From the IMG/VR virus record IMGVR_UViG_3300027798_000135, positions 1 through 33,068 of that record: DNA of 33,068 nucleotides; one strand, given 5' to 3'. The stretch is from a virus. Taxonomy: Duplodnaviria; Caudoviricetes. A model generated the notes under the pieces. It was not told where the DNA came from. It saw nothing but the letters and a program-made list of their open reading frames with translations, and did no database searches. Numbering within the stretch: the stretch's first letter is position 1; the number at the start of each line of letters is the position of its first letter. A program made the position numbers and the translations under genes. Positions 25,965 through 33,068 of the stretch are shown here, piece by piece.

Positions 25965-26486
25965 ATGCCTTGCGCTTTAACTCAAAATTATAGCTTAGAT
26001 TGTAAAGACAGTTTAGGTGGTATTACTGAGGTTTATTTCATAGCAGCAGCAGATGTTACTTCTACAACAGAAGCAAGTGGTGTTATTACCGCACTTGTAA
26101 AAGCATCTGGTAAAAAGTTTTTCAAATACGAACTTGTAAAAGGCACTTCTCAATTAGTTGAGAATGTTAATGCAAGTGTAGAAAACGGAACTATTTTTTA
26201 TGCTCCTGAATTGACCATAGTATTAAACAAACTTCAAACTAACACAAGAAACGAAATCTTGTTGTTGGCTCAAAACACATTAGTAGCAGTTGCCAAAGAT
26301 AACAATGGCGCATTCTGGTACTTAGGCAAACAAAGAGGCTTAGACCTTACAGGCGGTAGCGCAGGTACAGGAACGGCGATTGGGGATAGAAGTGGTTACA
26401 CTTTAACCTTCACAGGTGCAGAAGCTGCCCTTGCTCCTTCAGTAAACTCTACTGTATCAGCAGCACTTACTACACCAGGTACTTAG
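25965..26486 (+). CDS. major tail (tube) protein
   Basis: C-x-L...CKDSLGGI-x-x-VYF, ENGT-x-FY, GD-x-SGYTLTF. Confidence 0.7.
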   Translation: MPCALTQNYSLDCKDSLGGITEVYFIAAADVTSTTEASGVITALVKASGKKFFKYELVKGTSQLVENVNASVENGTIFYAPELTIVLNKLQTNTRNEILLLAQNTLVAVAKDNNGAFWYLGKQRGLDLTGGSAGTGTAIGDRSGYTLTFTGAEAALAPSVNSTVSAALTTPGT

Positions 26487-26510
26487 GTTGTTTTGGTTTT
26501 GTATATAGAT

Positions 26511-26546
26511 GCCCTCGCCTTTAATTAGGTGGGGGTTTTTTATTTT
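26511..26546 (+). terminator. intrinsic terminator
   Basis: GCCCTCGCCT-ttaatt-AGGTGGGGGT followed by a T tract. Confidence 0.8.
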
Positions 26547-26578
26547 GCAAACATTCGCAGTTAATTATATTTATAGTT
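26545..26578 (+). promoter_or_regulatory. putative late promoter, 5 nt before a GTG start
   Basis: TTGCAAACA-N12-TATATTTA-TAGTT-GTG. Confidence 0.55.
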
Positions 26579-26953
26579 GTGATAAGACTTACAAAGGGAC
26601 AAACCGAAAATATTATACTTACCTTGACTGAGAAGCAGCTTTTAACAAGCCCGAACTATCTATTCATATTTGAGAATAGAAGCACAAATACGGAGATTAA
26701 ATTCGTAAGGCTAAACAATACGGATATAAGTGCTTACAAGGAACGTTACAATGAGTTTAGCATAGTAGTAAATAGCTTCTTTAATACGGCTTTAAACGGG
26801 CAATACACCTACACAATCTACGAACAAGCAAGTACTACCAACACAGACCCGACAGGCTTAAACCTGCTTGAAAGCGGCATTATGGAACTCGAGGGTACAA
26901 CTATATCATTCACAGAATACGAAACAACAAGCACATTCACAATAAGACAATAA
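26579..26953 (+). CDS. putative virion structural protein
   Basis: Beta-rich 124 aa, TAATG-coupled to the portal. Confidence 0.6.
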   Translation: MIRLTKGQTENIILTLTEKQLLTSPNYLFIFENRSTNTEIKFVRLNNTDISAYKERYNEFSIVVNSFFNTALNGQYTYTIYEQASTTNTDPTGLNLLESGIMELEGTTISFTEYETTSTFTIRQ

Positions 26954-29067
26954 TGGAAATACAAGTATTGACATTTGCGGAAGCAAAGCAACCGGAATAT
27001 AAAGAGAAAAAAGGCGAAGGGTATATGCAGTATGGTCAAAATAATGACTATCCGCAATACTTATTAGACCTATTTAACAAATCAGCAAAGCATAACGCAA
27101 TTATTCGTGGCAAGGTTAACTACATTGTCGGCAATGGTTGGGCAGGAGAAGAGGCTTTAGTTAAAAAAGTAAATAGAGAAGAGAGCCTTATAGACCTTAC
27201 TAAAAAGGTTGCTTTAGATTTAGAACTATTTGGCGGTGCTTACATCCAAGTTATTTGGAGTGTAATGGGCGAACAAGTAGCTGAGTTATGGCATTGTGAT
27301 TATACAAAGATTAGAACAAACAAAGACAACACACAGTTCTGGTATAAAGACGATTGGAAAGTTACACGCAATCAAGAGAAGGCAGAGATTTACAATGCAT
27401 TTAACCCTGCTAACCCACAAGGTGTGCAGATACTTTATGTAAAGGAGTACAGACCGGGTATGAATGTTTATAGCCTTCCTGGTTATTTCGGTGCGCTTAA
27501 CTACATTGAAAGTGATGTAGAAGTTAGTAAGCACGTTTTGGGTAATGCTCAAACAGGGTTTTCTGCCAGTAAACTTATTACTTTACCAAACGGAGAGCCA
27601 AGCCCTGACGAGAAGCGTAGCGTTAGTAAGCAGTTTGACAATATGTACACAGGTGCGGACGGCAAAAAGTATTTACTTGCTTTTGTAAACGATGTAAGTC
27701 GTAAGCCTATTGTTGACGATTTGGGTGCAAGTGATTTAACTAAAGAGGACTTCGGTAGAGTAGATGAGTTAATACAAACTAACATATTTAGCGGACACCA
27801 GATTACAAGTCCTGACTTATTCGGTATTGCAGTTCCAGGTCAATTAGGCAACCGCCAACAAATGCGTGATAGTTACGAGATATTTAACAATACCTATGTA
27901 CGCTATAAGCAAATGCAACTTGAAGGTGTATTTAATATGTTAGCTAAGTATGCAGGGTTAGAGGTTGAATTAAAGCTTATCCCTACTGACCCAATCGGTA
28001 TTGAGTTTACAGAGAATGTTCTTATTCAAAATATGACTAAGGACGAGATAAGAGAAATGCTTAACTTACCTCCTTTAGAAGTTGATGCAAGTAACGAAGC
28101 ACAAAGAGTCATTGATGGTATATCTAATCTAAGTCCATTAGTTGCTAACAAAGTATTGGAGTCAATGAAGCAAAATGAAATTAGAGCTTTAGTTGGTTTA
28201 AGTCCTATGACTGACAATAATGGTATGCCTATTGTAACCGAGCAACCAATGGCTGCAAGTCCTTTAAGTGTAAACGAACACATTAAAGGATTGAAAGGTC
28301 GTGAGTGGCAAAATATGCAGCGTATTATTAGAGACTTTAACAAGGGTAAGATAACCAGAGAACAAGCAAGTTCTATGCTTAAGGGCGGTTATGCGCTTAC
28401 AGACGAAGAGATATTTACTTGGTTAGGTGCAGAAGAAGAGCAATTTAGTGAGCAAGACTTTCAGGTTTTCTTTGAGTTCGGAGAAGATAGGAGTGGTTAC
28501 GAAGTATTTAAAAGCAAGACAAGATTTAGCGATGATGCGGACTTTGAAATGTTTGCAGATGTAACACAGTTACAATCTAATATCTTGGACTTGATTGTTA
28601 AGGATAAGCGTATTACTCCAGAGGTTATTGCTGACACACTTAAAGAAGATGTAGGTGCGGTAAAGCGTGTTATTGATACCTTAATTGAGAAGGGGTTTAT
28701 TAAGACAAATGATGTAAAGCAAGGCAAAGGAATTGATAGCAACGTTATTATCGAAAGACAATTAACTGCACCTATCGGACAGATTGTTGAAGCTATGAAG
28801 CCACAAACTACGCAGATATTAATTAGATATAGCTACGAGTGGAAAGCAGGTTTTAACGATGGCGATTTAGATACAAGCAGACCTTTTTGTAAGTACTTAG
28901 TAACTGCTAATAAGTTTTATACTCGTAGCGAAATAGAGACAATGAGTGCAAGGCTTGGTTATTCTGTATGGGACAGACGAGGCGGTTGGTACACTAAGCC
29001 GGGAACAAATACAGTATCGCCAAGTTGCAGACACGAGTGGAAGTCAAACATAGTTAAAAGAAAATAA
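26953..29067 (+). CDS. portal protein with long C-terminal extension (wHTH and MuF-like CRH-x-W domain)
   Basis: YG-x-x-NDYP-x-x-L-x-x-L-x-x-x-S-x-x-H-x-AII portal start, GH-x-ITSP-x-LFGI, EIRE motif; extension ends SRPFC...CRHEW. Confidence 0.8.
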   Translation: MEIQVLTFAEAKQPEYKEKKGEGYMQYGQNNDYPQYLLDLFNKSAKHNAIIRGKVNYIVGNGWAGEEALVKKVNREESLIDLTKKVALDLELFGGAYIQVIWSVMGEQVAELWHCDYTKIRTNKDNTQFWYKDDWKVTRNQEKAEIYNAFNPANPQGVQILYVKEYRPGMNVYSLPGYFGALNYIESDVEVSKHVLGNAQTGFSASKLITLPNGEPSPDEKRSVSKQFDNMYTGADGKKYLLAFVNDVSRKPIVDDLGASDLTKEDFGRVDELIQTNIFSGHQITSPDLFGIAVPGQLGNRQQMRDSYEIFNNTYVRYKQMQLEGVFNMLAKYAGLEVELKLIPTDPIGIEFTENVLIQNMTKDEIREMLNLPPLEVDASNEAQRVIDGISNLSPLVANKVLESMKQNEIRALVGLSPMTDNNGMPIVTEQPMAASPLSVNEHIKGLKGREWQNMQRIIRDFNKGKITREQASSMLKGGYALTDEEIFTWLGAEEEQFSEQDFQVFFEFGEDRSGYEVFKSKTRFSDDADFEMFADVTQLQSNILDLIVKDKRITPEVIADTLKEDVGAVKRVIDTLIEKGFIKTNDVKQGKGIDSNVIIERQLTAPIGQIVEAMKPQTTQILIRYSYEWKAGFNDGDLDTSRPFCKYLVTANKFYTRSEIETMSARLGYSVWDRRGGWYTKPGTNTVSPSCRHEWKSNIVKRK

Positions 29068-29070
29068 GAA

Positions 29071-29652
29071 ATGAGTTTAAACACATTATTCATAAGCGTA
29101 CAGAATATTAAAGACCGCTCTGGCTTACACGCAAACGTGGACGAGAAACTTGTATTGCCTGAGATAAAAACCGCCCAAGATATGTATATCCTACCGGCTT
29201 TAGGTAGTGCCTTATATAGTCGTTTACAAGCAGGTATTACGGCAAACAACTTGAACGGCAACGAGGTTATCTTGTTAGACCAATACATAGCAGATACTTT
29301 AGTACACTATGTACTTAGTGAGTTGCCAATGGGCTTGTCTTATCAGTTCTATAACAAAGGATTGTTAAGGAAGGGTGGAGAAAATACCGAGAACCCTTCG
29401 ATGCAAGATATGATTGACGTGGCTAATAGATACAAGACCCGTGCGGAGTTCTACAAGCAAAGAATGATTAAATACTTAAAAGAATATTCTACACTTTATC
29501 CTGAGTACCTTAATCCTGGTAGCGGCATTGATGCGATACACCCTGAGAACGATGCTTACACAACGAGCATTTGGTTAGGCGATTTTGATTGCTGCGCAGG
29601 TAAAAGCTTTGAGGAACTTTATCAAGGGGACAAAGGTTGTAGTAGCTGCTAA
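29071..29652 (+). CDS. head-tail adaptor/connector protein
   Basis: NVD-x-x-L...I-x-x-AQD-x-YI-x-x-x-LGS-x-LY...YPEY; follows the portal. Confidence 0.65.
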   Translation: MSLNTLFISVQNIKDRSGLHANVDEKLVLPEIKTAQDMYILPALGSALYSRLQAGITANNLNGNEVILLDQYIADTLVHYVLSELPMGLSYQFYNKGLLRKGGENTENPSMQDMIDVANRYKTRAEFYKQRMIKYLKEYSTLYPEYLNPGSGIDAIHPENDAYTTSIWLGDFDCCAGKSFEELYQGDKGCSSC

Positions 29653-29654
29653 TT

Positions 29655-29786
29655 ATGAGTAAAGTAACAACAATAAAGAACCAAAATAAACTGCGTGTTT
29701 ATTTAGAAAAAATTAAGAATGAGCCTAACGTTAAACCAAATAACAGAGCAAATAACGACACTCGGAAACGACCACGAACAAATTAA
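29655..29786 (+). CDS. 43-aa basic microprotein (not in ORF track)
   Basis: MSKVTTIKNQNKLRVYLEKIK...; fills the gap between the adaptor and the next gene and overlaps the latter. Confidence 0.45.
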   Translation: MSKVTTIKNQNKLRVYLEKIKNEPNVKPNNRANNDTRKRPRTN

Positions 29787-30162
29787 CTTTGTTTATTTTG
29801 GCGATGTGTGGGAACGTTTAAGCAATGGAGAGGTAACTTACCCTGCTATGTTCTTTACATTAACGGGTGCTAATATCTTAGCTAAGAATATAGAGTATCA
29901 ATTTAGCTTGTACTTTATGGACAGAATGCTAATGGAAGAAACCAACGAAACCGAAGTGCTTAGTGATATGACTTTAGTAGGTCAAGACATAGTGGCGCAG
30001 CTTAGATACCCTAAAGCTATTTGGGAGATAGGCGATAACGCAGCTATTACGTTCTTTACTGAAAACGACCCTGACTATCTTGCAGGAGTTAAGATAGATA
30101 TTACAATGCAATTACCTTACTTAAACGATAGATGTCAAGTTCCATCTATTTATACATACTAA
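29719..30162 (+). CDS. putative tail terminator protein
   Basis: Acidic 147 aa with YP-x-MF, EVLSD and D-x-LAGV. Confidence 0.55.
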   Translation: MSLTLNQITEQITTLGNDHEQINFVYFGDVWERLSNGEVTYPAMFFTLTGANILAKNIEYQFSLYFMDRMLMEETNETEVLSDMTLVGQDIVAQLRYPKAIWEIGDNAAITFFTENDPDYLAGVKIDITMQLPYLNDRCQVPSIYTY

Positions 30163-30163
30163 T

Positions 30164-32971
30164 ATGATAGGCAAAAAGATTAATCAATTAGCAACCGAGT
30201 TAGCGCCAGATAGTACAGATTTAACTATCATAGGAGACCCGATTAGTGGAGTAAGTAAAAAGATTACACTTGCGCAATTAGGGGCGATATTTAGCGGTGC
30301 GGTTTCGTTTTATACTAACCTTGCAGCGTTCCCAGTAACGGGCGATATAAACGTTATCTATTGTGCTAAAGACACGCAGAAACTTTACTTATGGAGTGGG
30401 TCTGCTTATGTAGAGGTGTTCCCTTCACAAGCTTTATTAAATACTTATCAGCTAAGAAGTGAAAAGGGAGTTAGTAATGGTTATGCTTCTTTGGATAGTG
30501 CAGGTAAAGTGCCTATCGCTCAGTTGCCGAGTTCTATTATGGAATATAAAGGAACTTGGAATGCAGCGACTAACACACCTACACTTGCAAACGGAACGGG
30601 AGACACGGGCGATGTATATATTTGTAACGTAGCCGGAACAGTAAACTTTGGAGCAGGTGCGATTACTTTTGCGGTTGGCGATTATGTTATTTATTCAGGA
30701 ACTATTTGGCAGCGTTCAAGCGGTGCGGTTGGTACAGTTACAAGTGTAGGCTTATCATCTGCAACAAGCGGAGTAACTATTGGCTCTACACCTATTACAA
30801 CAAGTGGAACTATTACTTTAGCTATTGCAACTGCAAGTGGTTCGGCTCAAGGTTTATTATCAAGCACGGATTGGACTACTTTTAATTCTAAGCAGAACGC
30901 TTTAACCAATCCAGTAACGGGGACGGGTGCAAGTGGGCAAGTAACATTTTTTAACGGAACGAGTACAGTAACGGGTTCAAACAATCATTTTTGGGACGCA
31001 ACAAATAATCGTTTAGGTATTGGCTTAGTAAACCCTCAAAGGTCTATTGAGATTTTTAATTCTACTGCTGATAATCATTTACGTTTAAGCGGTAATGCTC
31101 CGAGTGTATCAATGGGCGAGGCGGTAACGGGTTCTATCTACCAAGCTAAGTTCGGTCTTGTAACTGTCAATGGGCAGTTTGTAACGGCAGGTGTTGCAGG
31201 GGACTTTGTAATTATTTCACAAACGGGTGCTACTATTATTGGTACAAGTAGTACTGAGAAGATGAGGGTACAATCTTCTGGCAACGTTTCTATAAACAAT
31301 ACTAACGATACTTTTAAACTTGATGTAACAGGTACGGCAAGATTAACGGGTCAACTTAGATTAGAGTCAACTATTACGGACGGAACTAATACATATACGC
31401 TACCAAGTGCAACGGGAACTTTGGCTTTAACAAGTGCGTTAAGTGGTATGATTACGGGAACAGGTACTACTAACTACCTACCTAAGTTTACAGGTGCAAG
31501 TACAATAGGTAATAGTCAGGTGTTTGATAATGGAACTAATGTTGGTATAAATAATACAAGTCCTGCGGAAAGATTATCGGTTGCAGGTGCTATAATGTCT
31601 ACGGGTGGAATTACAGGACACGGAGCAAATAGAACTACTATTTCACAAGAAGGGGGAAGTGGTGCTTTTTGGCAATCTTATGGTGCAGATGCGTCAACAG
31701 TTGGAACTTTTACATTAAGACAAGCAAGTTCTGATTTTAGTATTGTAAGAAGTCCTTTGGTTATAGCCTCTACAGGAGCAGCTACATTTAGTTCAACAAT
31801 AAAAAGTTCCGATACTTATGGATTTGCAATAGGTTCAATAGCTAGTTTTAGAAGAATACAATATGGTTCTGATAATGCAACTTCTTTTACGCTTTTAACT
31901 GATGCAAATGGATATGCAGGGTTATATGCAGGAGCAGCTACATTCTCAAGTACTATTGCTGCTACAAGTGCTACATTCTCAAGTAGTGTAACGGCAACAT
32001 CATTTAACGGAACTACCAATAATATATTTAGTGTTTCTGGTACTGAGGGTATGCGTCTAACTTCCACAGGGTTGGGTATAGGTACTACCGCTCCTGCTTA
32101 TCCATTACAAGTAAGAAGAGCAGGTGGTGGAGGTTCTTTAGGAATTAGCATAGACGGAGTTGGTTCAACTGATAGAACAGTTCAATATTTTGCTATTCAA
32201 GATAGTGCATCAGGGGCAGGGGCAGGTCACGCTTTTTATTATAGACCACCAAGTAGTACAACTGACACTTTAGGTTTTATTTTAGATGAGAACGGCTCAA
32301 TAGGTATAGGTACTACATCGCCAAGTGTAGCTTTACAAGTAGATGCTTCAGGTGGTGGAATAATAAGAGCAACAAGATTAGGAGCAGGTTCTGCATATGT
32401 ACAATTAGAAGCAGACGGAACAAATGGAACTCTAACATCAAGTGCAGCATTAATAATGAACGCAGGTGGAAGTGAACGTATGCGCATAACAAGTGGCGGT
32501 AATGTAGGTATAGGTACTACCGCTCCCGGTTCATTATTTGAAATTAATAAAAGTTCTAATTCTGGTAGTGGTTCAACATTCCCAAGATTAGCAATTAAAA
32601 ACACATTAGCAACGCAAGGAGATGGTTCATCAACTTTTAACTTTGCTGATATTTTAATTTCATCAGGTAACGAATCGGTTAATATGTTTTTATCTACTAC
32701 CTATGCAGCAGGTACTTGGGCACCAGCGGGTATAATTAACGTTTCTACTAACCACGATTTACAATTTAAGACGAACAACACCGAACGTATGCGCATAACA
32801 AGTGGGGGTAACGTATTAATCGGAACTACAAGTGATACAGGACAAAAATTAATAGTGAGTGGTAATATAAACATAAATGGGTTAGCAACAACTACAGGGA
32901 AAACAGCAAATAGTTATTATATGCCTATCTATTTAGACAATAATTTATATTATTTACCGCTTTATGGTTAA
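30164..32971 (+). CDS. tail fibre / receptor-binding protein
   Basis: Gly/Ser/Thr-rich 935 aa; repeated ERMRITSGGNVGIGTT-x-P and GAATFSS modules; NGYASLD-x-x-GKVP, YKGTWNA. Confidence 0.85.
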   Translation: MIGKKINQLATELAPDSTDLTIIGDPISGVSKKITLAQLGAIFSGAVSFYTNLAAFPVTGDINVIYCAKDTQKLYLWSGSAYVEVFPSQALLNTYQLRSEKGVSNGYASLDSAGKVPIAQLPSSIMEYKGTWNAATNTPTLANGTGDTGDVYICNVAGTVNFGAGAITFAVGDYVIYSGTIWQRSSGAVGTVTSVGLSSATSGVTIGSTPITTSGTITLAIATASGSAQGLLSSTDWTTFNSKQNALTNPVTGTGASGQVTFFNGTSTVTGSNNHFWDATNNRLGIGLVNPQRSIEIFNSTADNHLRLSGNAPSVSMGEAVTGSIYQAKFGLVTVNGQFVTAGVAGDFVIISQTGATIIGTSSTEKMRVQSSGNVSINNTNDTFKLDVTGTARLTGQLRLESTITDGTNTYTLPSATGTLALTSALSGMITGTGTTNYLPKFTGASTIGNSQVFDNGTNVGINNTSPAERLSVAGAIMSTGGITGHGANRTTISQEGGSGAFWQSYGADASTVGTFTLRQASSDFSIVRSPLVIASTGAATFSSTIKSSDTYGFAIGSIASFRRIQYGSDNATSFTLLTDANGYAGLYAGAATFSSTIAATSATFSSSVTATSFNGTTNNIFSVSGTEGMRLTSTGLGIGTTAPAYPLQVRRAGGGGSLGISIDGVGSTDRTVQYFAIQDSASGAGAGHAFYYRPPSSTTDTLGFILDENGSIGIGTTSPSVALQVDASGGGIIRATRLGAGSAYVQLEADGTNGTLTSSAALIMNAGGSERMRITSGGNVGIGTTAPGSLFEINKSSNSGSGSTFPRLAIKNTLATQGDGSSTFNFADILISSGNESVNMFLSTTYAAGTWAPAGIINVSTNHDLQFKTNNTERMRITSGGNVLIGTTSDTGQKLIVSGNININGLATTTGKTANSYYMPIYLDNNLYYLPLYG

Positions 32972-32999
32972 AAAAAATAAACACTTTAAAAAATAAATA

Positions 33000-33068
33000 A
33001 TGGCAACAACTTACAAATGGGTGATATCCCAATTAGACACCGCACCGAGCGAAGACGCATTAACCGAT
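33000..33068 (+). CDS. 5' part of the junction-spanning gene (continues at position 1)
   Basis: ATG 33000, MATTYKWVISQLDTAPSEDALTD. Confidence 0.75.
   Translation, partial: MATTYKWVISQLDTAPSEDALTD
33037..33068 (+). repeat. terminal overlap with positions 1-32 (circularity)
   Basis: First 19 nt identical (ACACCGCACCGAGCGAAGA); 5 mismatches in the remaining 13 nt. Confidence 0.85.

Noticed and set aside
532-32604. All minus-strand ORFs in the track (e.g. 21819-22379, 24024-24383, 32239-32604)
   Set aside because: They are antisense shadows of well-supported + strand genes, with no motifs and no independent expression signals.
30164-32971. Diversity-generating retroelement acting on the fibre
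   Set aside because: No reverse transcriptase and no TR/VR pair with adenine-specific mismatches.
1-33068. Prophage, integration module or alternative genetic code
   Set aside because: No integrase, repressor or host genes were seen, and genes are intact under the standard code with all three stop codons in use.

Overview
The window is an essentially complete, circularly permuted ~33 kb tailed (siphovirus-like) phage genome with every credible gene on the + strand. The last 32 nt overlap the first 32 nt, and one gene spans the junction. Bacteroidota-type promoters (TTG-N~19-TAnnTTTG) and A-rich leaders without Shine-Dalgarno sites point to a Bacteroidota host. Modules in order: lysis (holin-like, u-spanin-like lipoprotein, GH24 lysozyme); exonuclease and GNAT genes; a structured ~300-nt non-coding region; recombination and replication (ERF, DnaA domain IV protein, lambda-O-like initiator with internal iterons, VRR-NUC, sigma-like factor); a modification cluster (PAPS-reductase-like PP-loop enzyme, hexapeptide acyltransferase, two glycosyltransferases interrupted by an inserted nuclease); HNH and terminase; a cassette of microproteins; tail genes; head genes; and a modular tail fibre. 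I recognised no integrase, DNA polymerase, tRNA, CRISPR array or reverse transcriptase. The most interesting signals are: a kissing-loop/terminator RNA leader on the replication initiator; a putative phage-sigma late promoter giving leaderless mRNAs; a -1 frameshift with a long dual-coding region; twin hairpins with an identical UGAAAUAU loop; an F-[A/S]-[D/E] motif at head-protein domain boundaries; a portal-wHTH-MuF-like fusion; and the glycosyl/acyl/PP-loop modification cluster. All functional calls come from reading motifs by eye; no database search was run.
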